The position numbers and the translations under genes were made by a program. DNA of 43,351 nucleotides from an uncultured Thermodesulfobacteriota bacterium (lineage in GTDB: Bacteria > Desulfobacterota > S145-22). Below the pieces are notes generated by a model. The model was not told the DNA's origin. It ran no database searches and saw nothing but the letters and a program-made list of their open reading frames with translations. Shown one piece after another: positions 37,760-43,351 of this stretch. The DNA is taken from the NCBI GenBank assembly GCA_964556045.1, contig CAZKUZ010000198.1, positions 1 through 43,351 on the forward strand, given 5' to 3'. The first letter of the stretch is position 1. Each line of letters starts with the position of its first letter.

Positions 37760-38508
37760 GCAGAAATATTTCGATGAAGATTAGTGCGAAAGGGTTGCAT
37801 TACCGGGCGTTGAACGAGAAGATCCACCAGCTCGTCGCTTCAGGCGTGAAGAGCCTGCACGTGACGCATGTGAATGGTCAAAGATATATCGGGGGAGGAC
37901 TGCAGGGTAACATTCGGATCACCATCGATGGGGTGCCGGGAAACGACCTGGCGGCTTTCATGGATGGCCCGAAGATTCGGGTTAAGGGTAATGCCCAGGA
38001 CGGCGTGGCCAATACCATGAACGCAGGCGAGGTCATCATCGACGGTAACGCCGGGGATGTCTTGGGATACGGGATGCGCGGGGGACGGGTCTTCATCCGT
38101 GGCAATGTCGGATATCGGGTGGGGATTCACATGAAATCCTACGGGAAACAGATGCCGGTTATGGTCGTGGGAGGAAGCGCGCGCGATTTTCTGGGAGAGT
38201 ATCAAGCCGGAGGTGTCATTATCGTGTTGGGGCTGGAGCTTCCCCCCGAGGAGCCGATCGCGGGCTATATGGTAGGAACCGGCATGCACGGAGGGGTCAT
38301 GTATGTGCGGGGGAAGGTGGAGGATTGGCAGATAGGCAAGGAGGTCAAGATCTTCGAGATTGATGACAAGGATCGAAAGATCATGCTCCCCCATTTGAGG
38401 GATTTTGCCCGGGCCTTTCGCCTTGAACTGGAGGATATCCTAAGCCAGCCCTTTTTGAAGATGGTTCCTTACTCGAAGCGGCCTTACGGCCGGATATACG
38501 CGTATTGA
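37756..38508 (+). CDS. GXGXG-motif protein (glutamate synthase domain 3-like)
   Basis: It has repeated beta-helix G-x-G-x-G strings (DGVPGNDLAAFMDG, KGNAQDGVANTMNAG, DGNAGDVLGYGMRGG, RGNVGYRVG). The start is either GTG 37756, overlapping the upstream stop, or ATG 37774. Confidence 0.88.
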   Translation: MSRNISMKISAKGLHYRALNEKIHQLVASGVKSLHVTHVNGQRYIGGGLQGNIRITIDGVPGNDLAAFMDGPKIRVKGNAQDGVANTMNAGEVIIDGNAGDVLGYGMRGGRVFIRGNVGYRVGIHMKSYGKQMPVMVVGGSARDFLGEYQAGGVIIVLGLELPPEEPIAGYMVGTGMHGGVMYVRGKVEDWQIGKEVKIFEIDDKDRKIMLPHLRDFARAFRLELEDILSQPFLKMVPYSKRPYGRIYAY

Positions 38509-38528
38509 CGGATTCAAGAGGCAAAAAG

Positions 38529-38566
38529 GAAAAAACCCGGGAGAAGGCAAAATCTCCCGGGTTTTT
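38529..38566. terminator. Bidirectional intrinsic terminator between the glt operon and porin copy 1
   Basis: A 9-bp stem pairs cccgggaga (38536-38544) with tctcccggg (38553-38561). An A-run flanks it on the 5' side and a T-run on the 3' side, so a U-tract is available on both strands. Confidence 0.75.
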
Positions 38567-38592
38567 AAACTGCGTTTGTTGTCTATCGAATC

Positions 38593-39882
38593 TCAGAAGA
38601 AGTAGTAGGCGACGAGGGCAATGCTGTTCAGGTCGTTGTCGTCGTTGCCGTAGGCGTCTTTGTCAACGTAGTTGTTCTGGATCCACGCGTACTCGATCCC
38701 GAACAGGATGCTGCGGGCGGGTTTCCAGAAGATATTGGCGGTGATTTCCTGACCGTCATTGACCATGGCGCCAGGATAGTAGTCTTTGTCGTCGATCGCT
38801 TCATAGCCGTAGTAAATGCTGGTCCAGACATTCTCACAGATGTAGTAGGTCAGGCCGACCCATCCGCCGTAACCTTCGACCTCGTCGATACTGCCATCGG
38901 GTTTCGTTATCGCATCGTAACCAAGTGTTAAGCTGGCGGCGTTATCCAGGGCCTGGCCGTACCAGGCTTTCCCGGCAAACGCCAGGGTGCCGGCTTTCTT
39001 GCGGTCCTTGTTTGAAATGACCGGAACGTACCAATCCAACTCGATACCATAAACGTCGTAGTCGCGGCCACTTTCCACCTTGGTCCCGTCTTTGTAGATG
39101 TCATCCGGCTGGGCCATGTTGCCGTAGATCCCTTGCAGCCAGATGCCGAGGGGTTTCGCGCCGGCGTAGCCGAGGGCCTTGCTGATCAAAGAGAGCTCGA
39201 TGCTGGTATACGGAAACCCGAGGTTTTCTGTATTAAAACCGGAGGCGGGATCATCGGAGTCATAGGCGCTGTCATAGGTCATGACCATCAGCTCGACGCC
39301 GAAGGTGTTGTCGCCGCTGGGGAACTTCTGGGCGATATCGATTCTCAGGGCGCGGCGGAAACCGTCACCGATGATGGACCCGAAGTTTTCCACGTAGGGA
39401 GCGTGGCGGGTGCCGAACATGGCCCAACCTTTCCCGATCGTGATCTTCGTGTTGCCCTTGGTCAGGTAGATCTCGCCAATCCGCATACGGGGAAGCTCGC
39501 TGTGGTGGTTGCCGCCGCCCCCGTACATATCGAATTCCATCCGGCCGCCGGTGGTCCATCCGGAGAAGGTGTCACCGACCATCTTGAAGCCGAAACGGCT
39601 CTGGCGGGCGTTGAAGTTCATCCGGCCGTTTTCTCCCGCGGTGGTTCCGTCATGGGGGACATGGCGTGGACTCAAGAAACCGCCCGCGACGGAGGCGTTC
39701 TTATCTTCAAAGCTCATGCGGAATTTTACGTAGCCGTAAAACGTGAATTTCTTGGCGGCTCCTACCGCGACTTCGCCTTTGGGGACAGAAACTTTCCCCG
39801 CCAGGGCGACGCTCGGCAGTGTCACCAGCAACATTCCAAGGACAAAAGCAACTACCGTTATCAGTGTGGTAAATTTTTTCAT
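38593..39882 (-). CDS. Putative outer-membrane beta-barrel porin, paralogue 1 (429 aa)
   Basis: It has a signal peptide MKKFTTLITVVAFVLGMLLVTLPSVALA|G, an alternating amphipathic pattern rich in aromatics and Gly, and a C-terminal beta-signal ...IALVAYYFF. Confidence 0.85.
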   Translation of the reverse strand: MKKFTTLITVVAFVLGMLLVTLPSVALAGKVSVPKGEVAVGAAKKFTFYGYVKFRMSFEDKNASVAGGFLSPRHVPHDGTTAGENGRMNFNARQSRFGFKMVGDTFSGWTTGGRMEFDMYGGGGNHHSELPRMRIGEIYLTKGNTKITIGKGWAMFGTRHAPYVENFGSIIGDGFRRALRIDIAQKFPSGDNTFGVELMVMTYDSAYDSDDPASGFNTENLGFPYTSIELSLISKALGYAGAKPLGIWLQGIYGNMAQPDDIYKDGTKVESGRDYDVYGIELDWYVPVISNKDRKKAGTLAFAGKAWYGQALDNAASLTLGYDAITKPDGSIDEVEGYGGWVGLTYYICENVWTSIYYGYEAIDDKDYYPGAMVNDGQEITANIFWKPARSILFGIEYAWIQNNYVDKDAYGNDDNDLNSIALVAYYFF

Positions 39883-40004
39883 CGGCTATCCTTTCTGGTT
39901 AAGAAGTTTTTCTTGTTTGGCCCGATGAACCTCCCCAGAGCCAGAAAAAGAGAAACCTAATGTTATTTTCACCTCCTTTCTTTTTTTGTAGAAAAACTTG
40001 TTGA

Positions 40005-40033
40005 AATTTAATCGATTTAGTTTTCCATGTCAA
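40005..40033 (-). promoter_or_regulatory. Sigma70-type promoter of porin copy 1
   Basis: On the minus strand: TTGACA (40033-40028), a 17-nt spacer, then TAAATT (40010-40005). The predicted 5' UTR is about 115 nt. Confidence 0.55.
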
Positions 40034-40178
40034 GAGGAAACATTAGGGTAGTTATATGTTTTTTATGTCTTAGGCGAACGCGATGGGACGTCGTTGTGGG
40101 GGGCTTTGAAAGTTTGGCTGAGCGAGTTTGTAATAGCTTGAGATTTGAAGGGGGATGCAAATAGAGAATGTTTCGTAA

Positions 40179-40213
40179 AGAGAAGGCCCGGGAGAAACTC
40201 CCGGGCCTTCTCT
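40179..40213 (-). terminator. Terminator hairpin downstream of porin copy 2
   Basis: A perfect 16-bp stem pairs agagaaggcccgggag with ctcccgggccttctct around a 3-nt loop. Only a short T-tract (TTT) follows on the minus strand. Confidence 0.65.
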
Positions 40214-40235
40214 AACCTACGTTTTCTGTCGAATC

Positions 40236-41504
40236 TTAGAAGAAGTAGTAGGCGACGAGGGCGATGCTGTTCACATCGTTGTCGTCGTTGCCATACTCGT
40301 CTTTGTCGACGTAGTTGTTCTGGATCCACGCGTACTCGATCCCGAACAGGATGCTGCGGGCGGGTTTCCAGAAGATATTGGCGGTGATTTCCTGACCGTC
40401 GTTGACCATGGAGCCGGGATAGTAGTCTTTGTCGTCGATCGCTTCATAGCCGTAGTAGATGCTGGTCCAGACATTCTCGCAGATGTAGTAGGTCAGGCCG
40501 ACCCATCCGCCGTAACCTTCGACCTCTTCCAGGTCTCCGTCGGGTTTTTGGACGACCGTATATGACATGTCGAGGCAGGCAGCGTTACCCAAGGCCTGAC
40601 CGTACCAGGCTTTCCCGGCGAACGCCAGGGTGCCGGCTTTCTTGCGGTCCTTGTTGGAAATGACCGGGACATACCAGTCTAATTCCACACCATAGACATC
40701 GTAGTCGTCGCCGCTTCTTACCTTGGCGCCGTCTTCATAGATGTCGCCCGGTTCAGCCATGTTGCCGTAGATGCCCTGCAGCCAGATGCCGAGGGGTTTC
40801 GCGCCGGCATAGCCGAGGGCCTTGCTGGCCAGAGAAAGCTCGATACTGGTGTAGGGGAAACCGAAGTTTTCGGTGTTGAAGTCGCCATCATTGTCGTAGG
40901 TCATAACCATCAACTCGACACCGAAGGTATTGTCGCCGCTGGGGAACTTCTGGGCGACGTCGATTCTCAAGGCGCGGCGGAAACCGTCACCCATGATGGA
41001 ACCGAAGTTTTCCACGTAGGGAGCATGGCGGGTACCGAACATGGCCCAACCTTTACCCAACGTGATTTTGGTGTTGCCCTTGGTCAGGTACAGTTCGGCG
41101 ATCCGCATACGGGGAGCCTCACTGTGGTGGTTGCCACCGCCCCCATACATGTCGAATTCCATCCGGCCGCCGGTGGTCCATCCGGAGAAGGAATCGCCGA
41201 CCATCTTGAAGCCGAAGCGGCTCTGACGGGCGTTGAAGTTCATCCGGCCGTTCTCACCCGCGGTGGTTCCATCGTGGGGAACCCGGCGAGGATCAAGAAA
41301 ACCACCCGCGACGGAGGCGTTCTTGTCTTCAAAGCTCATGCGGAATTTTACGTAGCCATAAAACGTGAATTTCTTGGCGGCACCTACCGCGACCTCACCT
41401 TTGGGAACAGAAACTTTTCCCGCCTGGGCGACGCTCGGCAATGTCACCATCGTCAGTCCGAAGACAAACGCGACTGCCGCGAATAACAAAATGAATTTCT
41501 TCAT
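40236..41504 (-). CDS. Putative outer-membrane beta-barrel porin, paralogue 2 (422 aa)
   Basis: It has a signal peptide ...TLPSVAQA|G and C-terminal YYFF. It is identical to copy 1 at the large majority of positions by eye. Confidence 0.85.
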   Translation of the reverse strand: MKKFILLFAAVAFVFGLTMVTLPSVAQAGKVSVPKGEVAVGAAKKFTFYGYVKFRMSFEDKNASVAGGFLDPRRVPHDGTTAGENGRMNFNARQSRFGFKMVGDSFSGWTTGGRMEFDMYGGGGNHHSEAPRMRIAELYLTKGNTKITLGKGWAMFGTRHAPYVENFGSIMGDGFRRALRIDVAQKFPSGDNTFGVELMVMTYDNDGDFNTENFGFPYTSIELSLASKALGYAGAKPLGIWLQGIYGNMAEPGDIYEDGAKVRSGDDYDVYGVELDWYVPVISNKDRKKAGTLAFAGKAWYGQALGNAACLDMSYTVVQKPDGDLEEVEGYGGWVGLTYYICENVWTSIYYGYEAIDDKDYYPGSMVNDGQEITANIFWKPARSILFGIEYAWIQNNYVDKDEYGNDDNDVNSIALVAYYFF

Positions 41505-41642
41505 TGGTTACTCCTTTTTGATTTTGTTTGAAGGTTTTTCCTGCTTAACTCTCAAAAACTTCCCTAAACCTTAAAAAAAACCTCTTTCTTCACCTCCTTT
41601 TCGTTTTTTATAGAGAGGTACACCTCCCTTTATTCGAGAACA

Positions 41643-41671
41643 ACTATAATTCCCGAAAACCCGTTTGTCAA
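41643..41671 (-). promoter_or_regulatory. Sigma70-type promoter of porin copy 2 with an AT-rich UP-like tract
   Basis: On the minus strand: TTGACA (41671-41666), a 17-nt spacer, then TATAGT (41648-41643). The upstream 41672-41730 is almost pure A/T. Confidence 0.65.
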
Positions 41672-41817
41672 GAGAAAAATTAAAAAATTTTAATAAAAAT
41701 GTAATATCTTAAAATAACACGAGAATTGTACAGATAATCTCCTGCTCAGAGGGTATCTTCGGATGTCAAAAATCGTTAAAAAGACGAAAAGGCTGCATGT
41801 TCTTTTGGAACCTGAAA

Positions 41818-41850
41818 AATGGGGCCTGGGGGAATCGCCTCCAGGCCCCA
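41818..41850 (-). terminator. Intrinsic terminator downstream of porin copy 3
   Basis: An 11-bp stem pairs atggggcctgg (41818-41828) with ccaggccccat (41840-41850). On the minus strand it is followed by TTTTT. Confidence 0.7.
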
Positions 41851-41876
41851 TTGAACACGAGGGTGTTTTACAGATT

Positions 41877-43151
41877 TTAGAAGAAATAGTAGACGACAAA
41901 AGCGATGCTATTCAGCTCCGCGCTGTCTTCACCGTACGCGTCTTCCTTGTAGAATTCGTTATCCACATAGGCGTATTCGATTCCGAACAGGATGCTTCGT
42001 GCGGGTTTCCACCAGATGTTCGCCGTAATTTCGTAGTTGTCTTCGACCATGTCTCCGGGATAGTATTCGCTGGTGTCGATTCCCTCGTAGCCTCCGTAGA
42101 CATCCACCCAAACGTGATCCGTGATCCAGTAGGAGAGGCCGACCCATCCACCGTAGCCTTCCACTTCATCAAGATCTCCGTCGGGTTTCACGACGACGGT
42201 GTACATATTGCAAAGCAGGTTGGCATTTCCCAACGCCTGGCCCCACCAGGCCTTCCCGGAAAGCGCCAGATTCCCGGCCTTCTTGCCGCGATCCTTGGAG
42301 GCAATGATCGGGACATACCAGTCTAACTCCACGCCGTAGACATCGTAGTCGTCGCCGCTTCTGACCTTAACGCCGTCCTCGTAGATGTCATCCGGTTCGG
42401 CCATGTTGCCATAGAGCCCCTGCAGCCAGATGCCGAGAGGCTTGCCGCCGGCGTAACCGAGAGCCTTGCTGATCAGGGAGAGTTCCACACTGGTGTAAGG
42501 GAAGCCGAAGTTCTCGGTGTTGAACCCATTGGCGTCGTCATCGTAGGTCATGACCATCAATTCGGCACCGAAGGTGTTGTCGCCGCTGGGGAACTTCTGG
42601 GCGATATCGACCCGCAAAGCGCGGCGGAAGCCGTCACCCACGATAGAACCGAAGTTTTCCACCATGGGAGCGTGGCGGGTACCGAACATGGCCCAACCCT
42701 TTCCGATCGTGATCTTCGTATTGCCCTTGGTCAGGTACAGTTCGCCGATCCGCATACGGGGAGCCTCGCTGTGGTGGTTGCCGCCACCCCAGTACATGTC
42801 GAATTCCATCCGGCCGCCGGTGGTCCATCCGGCAAAGGAGTCACCGACCATCTTGAAGCCGAAACGGCTCTGGCGGGCGTTGAAGTTCATGTGCTCGTTT
42901 TCCCCTTTTGTGGTGTTGTCGTGGGGAATACGTCTGGGGTCGTAGAATCCACCTGCCACAGAGGCGATCTTGTCTTCAAAATTCATCCGGAATTTCACGT
43001 ATCCGTAGAAGGTGAATTTCTTTGCCGCCCCCACGGCCACTTCACCCTTGGGAACTTCTATCTTTCCCGCCTGTGCTGTGCTTGGCAGTGTTACCATCGC
43101 CATTCCGAAGACGAACGCGAACGCTGCCAGCAATAAGATGTATTTTTTCAT
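41877..43151 (-). CDS. Putative outer-membrane beta-barrel porin, paralogue 3 (424 aa)
   Basis: It has a signal peptide ...TLPSTAQA|G and C-terminal VVYYFF. It is collinear with copies 1 and 2 but more diverged, especially in the C-terminal 80 aa. Confidence 0.85.
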   Translation of the reverse strand: MKKYILLLAAFAFVFGMAMVTLPSTAQAGKIEVPKGEVAVGAAKKFTFYGYVKFRMNFEDKIASVAGGFYDPRRIPHDNTTKGENEHMNFNARQSRFGFKMVGDSFAGWTTGGRMEFDMYWGGGNHHSEAPRMRIGELYLTKGNTKITIGKGWAMFGTRHAPMVENFGSIVGDGFRRALRVDIAQKFPSGDNTFGAELMVMTYDDDANGFNTENFGFPYTSVELSLISKALGYAGGKPLGIWLQGLYGNMAEPDDIYEDGVKVRSGDDYDVYGVELDWYVPIIASKDRGKKAGNLALSGKAWWGQALGNANLLCNMYTVVVKPDGDLDEVEGYGGWVGLSYWITDHVWVDVYGGYEGIDTSEYYPGDMVEDNYEITANIWWKPARSILFGIEYAYVDNEFYKEDAYGEDSAELNSIAFVVYYFF

Positions 43152-43290
43152 TGTTTAACCCCCTGATTTTTGGTTGGAGTTGTTTTTGAGTACAACTACC
43201 CCAAAAACCTACCTTTGGACACAACTATAACCTTTCCCTATCCCACCACCTCCTTTTTGTTGATAGGTTAAAAATGTTTGGTTCATGATA

Positions 43291-43319
43291 AAGCTAATCC
43301 TCAAAATTCCATTTGTCAA
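43291..43319 (-). promoter_or_regulatory. Candidate promoter of porin copy 3
   Basis: On the minus strand: TTGACA (43319-43314), a 17-nt spacer, then TAGCTT (43296-43291). The TTGACAAAYGG context and the upstream A/T tract are shared with copy 2. Confidence 0.45.
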
Positions 43320-43351
43320 GAAAAAAATTAAAATGTTTTAATTTTTAACAT

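Larger units (their letters stand above)
38567..43351 (-). repeat. Tandem array of three units of about 1.64 kb, each comprising promoter, 5' UTR, porin CDS and terminator
   Basis: Stop codons lie at 38593, 40236 and 41877, and starts at 39882, 41504 and 43151. Copies 1 and 2 share long near-identical DNA stretches, including the sequence just after the stop codon. Copy 3 is more diverged. Confidence 0.9.

Noticed and set aside
38505-38744. Cys/Arg-rich 79-80 aa plus-strand ORFs at 38505-38744 and 40145-40387 that are conserved between the two loci.
   Set aside because: They are conserved only because they lie antisense to the near-identical 3' ends of porin copies 1 and 2. They also run through the terminator hairpins and have implausible composition.
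39965-39982. The plus-strand string TTCACCTCCTTTCT resembles the 3' terminus of 16S rRNA, so it was considered as a possible rRNA gene fragment.
   Set aside because: There is no flanking 16S sequence. The same motif recurs at the equivalent place in each porin leader, so it is better read on the minus strand as an SD-like element (see findings).
1-43351. A scan of all intergenic gaps for tRNA/tmRNA-like sequences, CRISPR-type short direct repeats, IS inverted repeats and toxin-antitoxin-sized gene pairs.
   Set aside because: Nothing was found by eye. Apart from the porin spacers (352-372 bp) and the 9491-9731 and 2400-2612 regions, the gaps are under 140 nt, and all of them are explained by promoters, leaders or terminators. 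A covariance-model scan (tRNAscan-SE, Infernal/Rfam) would be needed to be definitive.

Overview
This window is 43.35 kb of bacterial chromosome. The coding DNA is moderately GC-rich and is broken by short AT-rich promoter islands. I support 41 protein-coding genes. I saw no rRNA, tRNA, CRISPR array, IS element or prophage signature. Contents from left to right: (1) a tight three-gene cassette of uncharacterised families: a reductase-like protein truncated by the window edge, a UPF0280/ApbE-fold protein and DUF1185; (2) an orphan EF-G paralogue behind a consensus promoter, then birA and coaX; (3) a minus-strand operon of CaCA antiporter, ApbE lipoprotein and SDR epimerase; (4) the housekeeping string rimP-nusA-ylxR-infB-DUF503-rbfA-nrnA-truB-rpsO-pnp-M16 peptidase-dut-yfcE-xerD, a gene order I associate with Geobacter-like Deltaproteobacteria/Desulfobacterota (inferred from synteny only); (5) rpmB, and convergent to it rel, a HAD hydrolase, DUF1844 and htrA; (6) purM-purN translationally coupled to a DUF523 (TudS-like) gene and two genes of unknown function; (7) a five-gene split, archaeal-type glutamate synthase with its own ferredoxin and flavoprotein reductase; (8) three tandem paralogous beta-barrel porin genes, each with its own sigma70-type promoter plus AT-rich upstream tract, terminator and long 5' UTR. 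Each UTR carries a perfect but start-codon-less Shine-Dalgarno sequence. The items most worth follow-up are the porin array (mosaic variable patches, decoy SD elements), the purMN-DUF523-unknown-kinase operon, the split GOGAT module and the UPF0280 cassette. All function calls come from motifs I recognised by eye, and no database search was run.
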